From the NCBI GenBank assembly GCA_032128375.1, contig JAQBGU010000097.1, forward strand, positions 1-35,325: 35,325 bases of DNA, given 5' to 3'. A model generated the notes under the pieces. That model was not told the DNA's origin. It ran no database searches and was given only the letters and a program-made list of their open reading frames with translations. Of this stretch, positions 28,217 through 35,325 are shown piece by piece (position 1 is the first letter of the stretch; every line of letters starts with the position of its first letter). Both the position numbers and the translations under genes were made by a program. This stretch comes from Deltaproteobacteria bacterium (GTDB lineage: Bacteria; Myxococcota_A; UBA9160; SMWR01).

Positions 28217-29773
28217 TCAGTGTCCTGCGAGCGCGTCGATCTTCCGAAGCGAGGCCGGAGGTGCCGAACCGACCGGCGGCTGATGCTCTGCGATCACTGC
28301 GCCGGGTTCCGGGATGCGTCCCGCGCCAGTGGTTGGAGCAAGCGAGATGCCTTGCTCCTGGAGGTTCTTCTGTACGAGTAGTTGGCCACGCCGCGCGTAA
28401 TCGATGGCCTGGGCGAGGATTCGACTGGCTTCCTGGGGCGAGTGAAAACCCGTGCTGTTTTCGCTGGCTACGAAATCCCAGCGCATGCTCGCGCGCCTAT
28501 GGAAGTCGCGCGGCTTGGCGAGCACCGCATCGATCACCGAATCGTCCTTCCCCTGCAACTCGATTCGGGCCGCCGCCACATCGTCGATCAGCGCGAGGAT
28601 GCTCCGCTCCGCCTCGCGTAGGCTCGAAGCGGTCTTGTTCTGGATCAGCGCCACCCGGGCCAAGATCGCTTCCTTCGAGAGGCTGTGACAGGTCCCGCAT
28701 GACGTCCGCACATCGAACAGCGGAGAGCGAATCTGGTGGTCCGAAACCTTGAGGGCGCCCTCGCGTTTGAAGGGCATGTGGCAGTCCGCACACGAAACCC
28801 CGCTGCGGGCGTGAACGCCGCTCGAGAACAGTTCCGTCTCGGGGTGCTGGATCTTGAGCATCGGCGCAAGGGTTTCGTTGTGAACCCAATCTTGCCGAAA
28901 CGCATCGGGGACGTCCTGCAACGCGTCGTAGTAGGCGTCGAGCATCTCGATCGCGAACGGCGCGTCTTTGGGCCACTTCGACCAGGGGAACGTGAGCTCG
29001 TTGGAGCCCTTCTTGAAATAGTACTCGACGTGGCATTGCTGGCAGACGTGCGAACGCATCTCATTTCTCGGTGCCACGATGCCGGACTTTTCATCGGTCT
29101 CGTAGCCGCGAATCTTCATCGCGTTGATGTACGCAGGACGCGTCACGCGCAGCGACATGTCCAACGGGTGATGACAGTCCGCACACGCGCTCCCCAATTC
29201 GGCGCCATGCGGTCCCTCTCCGATGTTCTGCTTCAGGTAGGCCACGACATCGAGGTAGGGTTTCTTGTTCATCTCCAACCAGCCCATGTCCCGTACCAGC
29301 TTCGGCACCCAACCGCTGTGGCAGTTCATACACGCGCCCGGTTGCCCCTTGAACTTCACCAACCCATTGGCGTTCAAATAACCCTGGTTGTTGCGCATCG
29401 TTTCGATCTGGTCGACCTGCGTGTAGTAGTGGCCTCGCTCTTCGTTGAAGTCGACCGCAAACGCATATCCTCCCCACAGCCGTGTGAGCTGTGGGTAGCG
29501 GATCAATTTGCTGTAGGGGAGACTCCCACCGTAGGCTGTGTAGGCGCTGTCTTCCTGCGTCCTCAGATAGGCTTCGAACTGAGATCGGAAGCTCTTTCCC
29601 CATTCTTCTGGATTCACATCGTCATCGCTGAGTTCGGTGAGCATCATCGGGTACGTCCGCCCCTCGAGCTTCCTCATCATGATGTTCGTCCGCAGCATTG
29701 AAATGCCGAAGCTGACTCCCGCCACGATGACGAACAGCACCGCGAGCTTCCAGAATCCGCCCATTCCTTTCAT
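28217..29773 (-). CDS. nrfA: Ammonia-forming cytochrome c nitrite reductase, catalytic subunit (CxxCH heme-1 variant)
   Basis: LWGGYAFAVDFNEERGH, CMNCH, CADCH, CQQCHVEYYF, LKIQHPETE, GVSCADCHMP, CGTCH, WDFVASENSTGFHSPQE. Confidence 0.95.
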   Translation of the reverse strand: MKGMGGFWKLAVLFVIVAGVSFGISMLRTNIMMRKLEGRTYPMMLTELSDDDVNPEEWGKSFRSQFEAYLRTQEDSAYTAYGGSLPYSKLIRYPQLTRLWGGYAFAVDFNEERGHYYTQVDQIETMRNNQGYLNANGLVKFKGQPGACMNCHSGWVPKLVRDMGWLEMNKKPYLDVVAYLKQNIGEGPHGAELGSACADCHHPLDMSLRVTRPAYINAMKIRGYETDEKSGIVAPRNEMRSHVCQQCHVEYYFKKGSNELTFPWSKWPKDAPFAIEMLDAYYDALQDVPDAFRQDWVHNETLAPMLKIQHPETELFSSGVHARSGVSCADCHMPFKREGALKVSDHQIRSPLFDVRTSCGTCHSLSKEAILARVALIQNKTASSLREAERSILALIDDVAAARIELQGKDDSVIDAVLAKPRDFHRRASMRWDFVASENSTGFHSPQEASRILAQAIDYARRGQLLVQKNLQEQGISLAPTTGAGRIPEPGAVIAEHQPPVGSAPPASLRKIDALAGH

Positions 29774-29786
29774 TGGATCCCCCCGG

Positions 29787-30236
29787 TCAATGTGGATGAC
29801 CAACTGAACGATGACAGTGTAGGCAGTCCAGTCGTTCGTTTGGGCCACCGTGCAGCGTATCGCCGAGTAGCGGCGCGTGGCATTGAACACAGCTATCGAG
29901 CGCAACCTGCCTGGAGACGGTGCGCGCGGTGATGTTGGGTGGCACGTTCCCAAGCGTCATCGCCAGGGAGTGGCTCCAGCCGTTTTCGGATTTCGTGTAC
30001 CACTTTCCCAGCCAATTGCGCGGGACGTGGCAATCGTTGCAGGTCGCTGCGTGTGCGTGTTCGCCCTTGCTCCAAGCATCGAAGGTTTCGCGCATCACGT
30101 GGCAATTCGCGCAGGCATTCGGATCATCGCTCAGGTAGGACGCGCCTTGCGCGAAATGAAATGTGTAGAGCGCGGAGCCGACCGGCACCGCGAGTAGAAC
30201 AGTGGTGGTCAGCAGGTAAAACGAGTTTCGGTTCAC
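29787..30236 (-). CDS. nrfH: Cytochrome c nitrite reductase small subunit (NapC/NirT-family tetraheme quinol dehydrogenase)
   Basis: N-terminal TM helix, SYLSDDPNACANCHVM, CNDCH, CVQCH, CLHCHRSVGH; 13 bp upstream of nrfA. Confidence 0.95.
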   Translation of the reverse strand: MNRNSFYLLTTTVLLAVPVGSALYTFHFAQGASYLSDDPNACANCHVMRETFDAWSKGEHAHAATCNDCHVPRNWLGKWYTKSENGWSHSLAMTLGNVPPNITARTVSRQVALDSCVQCHAPLLGDTLHGGPNERLDCLHCHRSVGHPH

Positions 30237-30330
30237 GGGCTCCAGTGTTTACCATCTCGCGACCAGCGCAAGATCTGGGCTTCGAATTCGGCCAGAAATG
30301 CTGCGCGTCTGATCATCCTCGCGCCCCGGA

Positions 30331-31326
30331 TCACGGAACGGCGGGCAGTCTGATCCGGATGTCGCCTACGTACACCAAACCGAGGAGGCAGCGGGCAACA
30401 GTAATCGCAACCGGGAAGCTCAGGCCGAAGGCGACTATCGCCGCGTCGTCGCCGTAGGGCGCAAAGAAATACAGCATTGCGGCCGCCTGGGTTCCGATGC
30501 CGGCTGGCGATATCGGTAGTGAGCCGAACAGCAGGATCGCAGGCGTAGCTGCGGCTGCCAGCACCAGCGGGACTTCGATGCCGAACGACGCGCTGCCGAG
30601 CCAGAAGATCAGCACAAAGCCCGAGAAGTAGGCGATCCGCAGACCCGATAGAATCGAAAAATCGCGCAGCGTGGCCATGCTTACGCTGCGAAACAGCGCG
30701 ACCCCGCGTATGCGTTCCAGCCGGGTCCACTTGGGAAACGGAGCCATGAAGATCGTCAAGCTCGCGATCTGGCACAGCATCATCGCCCCCACCACGTGTT
30801 TCAATGTCGCCAGCTCCGGCGAGTCAGGCATCAGCGATACACCAACCAACGCCAAACTACCGAGCGCGACAGCGTCGATCATCCCGTAAAAGAGCATCGA
30901 GCTTCCGGAGCCGATCGCGCTGATCGACTTTGAGCGACGCAGGTAGAGGATGATCGCCGCGGTTCCGACATTCCAGTTGATGGGCGTCAGCAGATAGCTC
31001 ATGCCGCGCAGCGAGCGGGCCTCGGCCCAGCTGAACTCCGCGTTGAAGCGAGTGAACAGATAGGCAAAGGCGCGTGATTCAACCAGGAACCAAAAGATCA
31101 CCGCAGCGGCCATTTCGGGTAGAAACAGCTCCAGTCGCGCATCACTTGTGGCAGCCCAGGCATCCGCGAGCGGGACTTGCGTGGAGAGGAAATAGATCAC
31201 CGCCACGGTACCGACCCATGGCAGCAGCTTCCTCCACAGCGGAGTGGGGGCTGGCGACGCAGCATCGACGGTATCTGGGTCGACCGCGTCGGAATCGACG
31301 GCTGACGCGGAAGCATCCCTGCTCAC
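30331..31326 (-). CDS. Lysylphosphatidylglycerol synthase TM-like (UPF0104 flippase-like) membrane protein
   Basis: Multiple TM helices and the LPISPAGIGT motif typical of this family. Confidence 0.75.
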   Translation of the reverse strand: MSRDASASAVDSDAVDPDTVDAASPAPTPLWRKLLPWVGTVAVIYFLSTQVPLADAWAATSDARLELFLPEMAAAVIFWFLVESRAFAYLFTRFNAEFSWAEARSLRGMSYLLTPINWNVGTAAIILYLRRSKSISAIGSGSSMLFYGMIDAVALGSLALVGVSLMPDSPELATLKHVVGAMMLCQIASLTIFMAPFPKWTRLERIRGVALFRSVSMATLRDFSILSGLRIAYFSGFVLIFWLGSASFGIEVPLVLAAAATPAILLFGSLPISPAGIGTQAAAMLYFFAPYGDDAAIVAFGLSFPVAITVARCLLGLVYVGDIRIRLPAVP

Positions 31327-31366
31327 GGGGATCGATCGGCTCCGAAGCGGTTGGCGAAGCGAAGCT

Positions 31367-32191
31367 TCAATTGGGCTTCGATCCCATCACCGTCACCCGC
31401 TCCATGCGCCGCACGGCGGGGAAATAATCGGAGATCGGGTAGTGCTGCGCTGCTCGATTATCCCAAAAAGCGACGGAGTTCTTGCGCCACTTGAATCGCA
31501 CCTGGTACTCGGGAATGCGGGCGGTTTGATAGAGCTGATGGAGCAGCACGAATGCCTCCTGATCCTGCATGCCCTTGATGCCGCTGGTAAAGGCAGCGTT
31601 GACATAGATGCTCTTTCGCCCGGTCTCTGGATGGGTGCGGACTACGGGATGCTCTGCGATCGGGTACTCGTTCCGCATCTTCGCCTGATCTTCTTCGTTC
31701 AGCCCGCCTCCAAAGGCCGACATGAAGTCGTGGGTGGCAACGAGTCCGTCGATGCGTTCCTTCAACTCGGCGCTGAGGCCAGCGTAGGCGGCTTCCATAT
31801 TCGCAAACATCGTATCGCCGCCGAGGTTCGGTACCTCGATCGCCCGCAAGAGCGAGCCGAGTGAAGGCTCGAGTCGCCACGTCACATCGCTGTGCCAGAC
31901 GTTGATGTAGCTCTTTCTGTTCGGCCCGTTTTCGAGCACGAGCACCTCGGGGTAGCCTTCCTTGTTCTGGCCAAACGGGTGAACTTCGAGCTCGCCGAAG
32001 TGGCGCGAGAATGCGATGTGCTCATCGGTGCTCACGTCTTGATCTCGAAAGAAGATCACCTTCCAATCGAGTAGTGCCTGGCGGACGATCGCAGTGCTCT
32101 TTTCGTCGAGCGGTTTCGACATGTGAATACCGCTGATCTCCGCTCCGATGGTCGGCGAAAGGGGCTCGACTGTGATTGCACCACTGCTCAT
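31367..32191 (-). CDS. TauD/TfdA family Fe(II)/2-oxoglutarate dioxygenase
   Basis: IGAEISGI, KVIFFRDQ, WHSDVT (HxD), GGDTMFA, HPVVRTHPETGRK, FWDNRAAQH, RRMERVT. GAGGAG RBS precedes ATG 32191. Confidence 0.93.
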   Translation of the reverse strand: MSSGAITVEPLSPTIGAEISGIHMSKPLDEKSTAIVRQALLDWKVIFFRDQDVSTDEHIAFSRHFGELEVHPFGQNKEGYPEVLVLENGPNRKSYINVWHSDVTWRLEPSLGSLLRAIEVPNLGGDTMFANMEAAYAGLSAELKERIDGLVATHDFMSAFGGGLNEEDQAKMRNEYPIAEHPVVRTHPETGRKSIYVNAAFTSGIKGMQDQEAFVLLHQLYQTARIPEYQVRFKWRKNSVAFWDNRAAQHYPISDYFPAVRRMERVTVMGSKPN

Positions 32192-32211
32192 GGGCGACTC
32201 CTCGATTGGTG

Positions 32212-33546
32212 TCATAGGCAAATTGGCGTCCGGCTGAGTCCGCCGCGGAATTCTTCTCGAAAATATGCCGCGACGGGCTGCATCTTGCGAGCCGCCCCGT
32301 GGACGCCGATGGAACCAAGTGTGGCCGTCGCCGACTGAGCGAACGGGGCACGCAGTGCGGTGTGCCAATCGCCCGCTTCGGTTTCATTCCTGGGCCAGCG
32401 CAGTTGCGCAGACCCGACCAACAGCAAGCGAACCAGGGCGGCCTGCCTGGTCGTGCCTGTCTTGGCGAAGATCTGCCCCAGGCGCTGCCGGGCGGTGCCG
32501 GGTGTGATGCCGAGATTCGCTGCGCCCTGCTCGAGATTGCGGCCACTCGAGAGCTCCCGAGCGAGCGCGGCCTCGGACGGAGTCAGAGAGTAGAGGCAAC
32601 GAAGCAGCTCGAACGGGGTCTCCATCTCGACCTCCGGGTCGCTCACAAAAAGCGCCAGCATGCCGCGCCGCCCGCCACCGCTCTCGCCAGGTTGGTAGAT
32701 GCGGGTGACCACGACCTCCAGCGCGCGGTGACCCGACGGACGTGGGAGCAGTAGGCCCACGGGGCGCCACGGCGCGGCCCCCTCGATCGAGCCAGATGCG
32801 TCGGAGAGCAGCTGCTGCAGCGCGTGTGTCGTAGGGGCGCTTGCGGTCCTCAGTCCTTCGCGACCGATCGACAGGCCGTCGTTTTCCCCTACCAGCCGTT
32901 CGGCCGTCTGATTCATCGAATGGATATGACCGCGTCGATCGATGAGGACCAGCCCCGTCGGCCAATGATCGAGGACTGATGCGTGCGCCTGGAGTTCCTG
33001 CTCGAGCCGGGCGTTTCGAAAATAGATCTGCATCGCGCGCCGGAGATGCGGCATGAGTTGCTGGCCCAGGCGCCGCTCGGCGGCCCCGAAACAAGGCTGG
33101 TCTCGGCTTCGGAATACCGCGAGGTACGCGTTTCCCATCAGGTCGTCGCACTCGATCAGGGCTCCGAGGAAGGGATGCGAAAGCAGACCCTGCGGCTGCA
33201 TCCATTCCCGGAAGAATCTCGAACTCTCTACTTGCTCATCGGCGACGCTTTCCCGGCCGAACTCCAGGATCCCCGCAGACGCGTGATCTCTGGAATGTTG
33301 AAATGGGTCGACCATGAAGTAATCATGCTTGTACGACTCGATGAAACGGTGCGCGATGGATGCGGTGACGACTCGTCCCGGGTCGCCCGGGCGTGGGTGG
33401 GGCAACGACAGAACCACCACACCACCCAGGCAGCGCTCCAGTTCCTCTGCGGCAGCCAGCCACCCCTTCGGGTCCAGCGTCGCGTCGTAGAGCTGACCGA
33501 TCAGCTGGTCGAGTCGCAGGCTTCCGCGGCGCTTCGAAGCACCCAT
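32212..33546 (-). CDS. LuxR-type HTH transcriptional regulator with GAF/PAS-like N-terminal region
   Basis: LIGQLYDATLDP..W, LMPHLRRA, GLVLID, LYSLTPSEAALA...TARQRLGQIFAKTGTTRQAALV. Confidence 0.87.
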   Translation of the reverse strand: MGASKRRGSLRLDQLIGQLYDATLDPKGWLAAAEELERCLGGVVVLSLPHPRPGDPGRVVTASIAHRFIESYKHDYFMVDPFQHSRDHASAGILEFGRESVADEQVESSRFFREWMQPQGLLSHPFLGALIECDDLMGNAYLAVFRSRDQPCFGAAERRLGQQLMPHLRRAMQIYFRNARLEQELQAHASVLDHWPTGLVLIDRRGHIHSMNQTAERLVGENDGLSIGREGLRTASAPTTHALQQLLSDASGSIEGAAPWRPVGLLLPRPSGHRALEVVVTRIYQPGESGGGRRGMLALFVSDPEVEMETPFELLRCLYSLTPSEAALARELSSGRNLEQGAANLGITPGTARQRLGQIFAKTGTTRQAALVRLLLVGSAQLRWPRNETEAGDWHTALRAPFAQSATATLGSIGVHGAARKMQPVAAYFREEFRGGLSRTPICL

Positions 33547-34056
33547 CCGCTTCAGCTCGAGCTTCTAGCAACGGGGACAAATCGCTCGGGAAGCAATCCA
33601 GCCGTGTTCTGGTCGAGGGTCGCCGAGATCGCCGGGTTGTCGCAGAACGGAATACTCGTGCCGGCGGCCCGGATGCATTCCGAGGGCAATACGATACGAA
33701 GCATTATTCCCCCTCTTGAATGGATGTAGGAAAAGTCTCTCATGGTGCACGCACGGAAGTCAAGCGATCTGGTAGGGAACGCCAATCGGTGTAAGCGATA
33801 CACGCTGGTTGGAAGATCTCGGGGACGCTCGTGGACTTTCTTCGTAATGAGTGTAATTACCCACGTATCGATCTTGGAAGTCGTCTACACGGCACCACGG
33901 CACACACGACGGTACGACAGTGGAAGGACACAGCATGAGGCGATTCGGTCGGTGGGCCACAATCTTTCCCCCTGGTGACCTCCGTCACAGCGCATCCGCG
34001 CCGGTGAGCCGATTCCTATGCACCGCCCTGGGGGGCGATGCGTGGGAGGTCGCCTA

Positions 34057-35325
34057 GTGAGTTTTCGCCAGTTCCGTCTCGGGTCCGTTGCCGCAGCGGC
34101 AATCCTTTTCCTGGCGAGCGCCGCCGCAGCGGCACCAGGACTGTCACCACCCTCGTCCCTGGCGGCCAGCGCGACCTCGAACAGCGCTGTCCGGCTCAGC
34201 TGGGTCGACACCAACAGCAGCGAGACCGGCTACTCGATCGAGCGCAGCCTGAGCGCTACGAGCGGTTTCATCCAGCTGGTCACAATCGGAAAGAACGCCA
34301 CCAGCTACCAGAACACCGAGCTCGCCAGCGGCACCACCTACTATTTTCGCGTGCGGGCGTACAAAGATACGGGGCGTCGGACCTACTCCTCTTATTCCGG
34401 GGTCGCGAGCGCGACTACATCACAAGACGACAGCACGCTGCCGACCGTGTCTATTACCAGCCCGGCCAATGGCACTACCTACACCAGCGCCCAGACGCTG
34501 ACGATCGTCGCGTCTGCCTCGGACAACGTGGGCGTCACGAAGGTCGAGTTTCGCGACAACGGCGTGCTGACGGCCATCCACAAATCGGCACCCTACACGC
34601 AGCCCTGGTCGATCACGGATTCCGATAACGGCGCGCACAGCTGGACGGCCACCGCCTTCGATGCAGCGGGCAACATGCGCACCTCGAGTGCGCGCAGCCT
34701 GACGGTCAACATCACGGCGGCCGATACGCAAGCGCCGACGGTCTCGATCACGAGCCCGGCCAACGGTACGACCTACACGAGCGCCCAGACACTGACGATC
34801 GCGGCCTCGGCCTCGGACAACGTGGGCGTGACGGCGGTCGAGTTCCGCGACAACGGCGTACTCAAGCGCACGGACACCTCGGCGCCCTACACGCACCCCT
34901 GGCCGATCACGGATTCCGATAACGGCGCGCACAGCTGGACGGCCAGGGCCATCGACGCAGCGGGCAACTCGCGCTTCTCGAGCATGCTGAGTCTGACGGT
35001 CAACATCACGGCGGCCGACACGCAGGCCCCGACGGTCTCGATCACGAGCCCGGCCAACGGTACGACCTACACCAGCGCCCAGACGCTGACGATCGCGGCC
35101 TCGGCCTCGGACAACGTGGGTGTCACGGCGGTCGAGTTTCGCGACAACGGCGTGCTCAAGCGCACCGACACTTCGGCGCCGTACACGCACCCCTGGCCGA
35201 TCACCGATTCCGATAACGGCGCGCACAGCTGGACGGCCCGGGCCATTGACGCAGCGGGCAACGCGCGCTTCTCGAGCACGCTGAGTCTGACGGTCAACAT
35301 CACGGCGGCCGACACGCAGGCCCCG
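34057..35325 (+). CDS. Secreted surface protein with fibronectin type III domain and tandem bacterial Ig-like repeats (runs off window end)
   Basis: Not in ORF track. GGAGG RBS then GTG 34057: MSFRQFRLGSVAAAAILFLASAAAA signal peptide, FN3 (LSWVD...GYSIERS...TTYYFRVRAY), then repeats PTVSITSPANG...ASASDNVGVT.VEF...DAAGN. Confidence 0.9.
   Translation, partial: MSFRQFRLGSVAAAAILFLASAAAAAPGLSPPSSLAASATSNSAVRLSWVDTNSSETGYSIERSLSATSGFIQLVTIGKNATSYQNTELASGTTYYFRVRAYKDTGRRTYSSYSGVASATTSQDDSTLPTVSITSPANGTTYTSAQTLTIVASASDNVGVTKVEFRDNGVLTAIHKSAPYTQPWSITDSDNGAHSWTATAFDAAGNMRTSSARSLTVNITAADTQAPTVSITSPANGTTYTSAQTLTIAASASDNVGVTAVEFRDNGVLKRTDTSAPYTHPWPITDSDNGAHSWTARAIDAAGNSRFSSMLSLTVNITAADTQAPTVSITSPANGTTYTSAQTLTIAASASDNVGVTAVEFRDNGVLKRTDTSAPYTHPWPITDSDNGAHSWTARAIDAAGNARFSSTLSLTVNITAADTQAP
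34441..35322 (+). repeat. Three tandem 294-bp (98-aa) Ig-like domain repeats; a fourth begins at the window edge
   Basis: Units start at 34441, 34735 and 35029. Units 2 and 3 are nearly identical at nucleotide level. Confidence 0.93.

Noticed and set aside
24492..30236. Anammox hydrazine synthase operon
   Set aside because: No hzsA-like gene or HAO-like octaheme in the window; only fold-level resemblance is suggested.
33547..34056. Riboswitch (e.g. c-di-GMP) or sRNA in the long intergenic region
   Set aside because: Only short palindromes (GTGTA-N5-TACAC, GTAATTAC) were seen; no recognisable aptamer consensus.
552..35226. Many long antisense or alternate-frame ORFs (e.g. 552-1472, 8663-9637, 16324-17283, 28736-29701, 34420-35226)
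   Set aside because: They shadow well-supported genes and are expected in high-GC DNA; no family motifs.
34441..35325. CRISPR array or mobile-element repeats
   Set aside because: The units are 294 bp, in frame, lack spacers and encode Ig-like domains.

Overview
GC-rich diderm bacterial chromosome segment (lineage not determinable here; gene style is compatible with a deltaproteobacterial/Myxococcota-like organism, low confidence). Housekeeping blocks: mtnP-apt-mtnA-rsmI, yraN, wecB, rpsP-khpA-rimM-trmD-rplS, purH-purD-tsaC-DUF1015-dciA, alr, thiS-thiG. Two heme-rich accessory loci together carry 20 CxxCH motifs. (1) 6652-12068: monoheme, triheme and pentaheme c-type cytochromes plus a probable outer-membrane beta-barrel (candidate porin-cytochrome conduit), followed by a frameshifted membrane sensor kinase. 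(2) 24492-30236: nrfH-nrfA, with a CxxCH rather than CxxCK active-site heme, followed by a ~1135-aa lipoprotein fusing a YVTN-type beta-propeller to a diheme peroxidase-like domain. The window ends with a LuxR-type regulator/TauD pair and a truncated secreted FN3 plus Ig-like repeat protein. No rRNA, tRNA, CRISPR array or mobile element was recognised. All family calls are by motif recognition; no searches were run.
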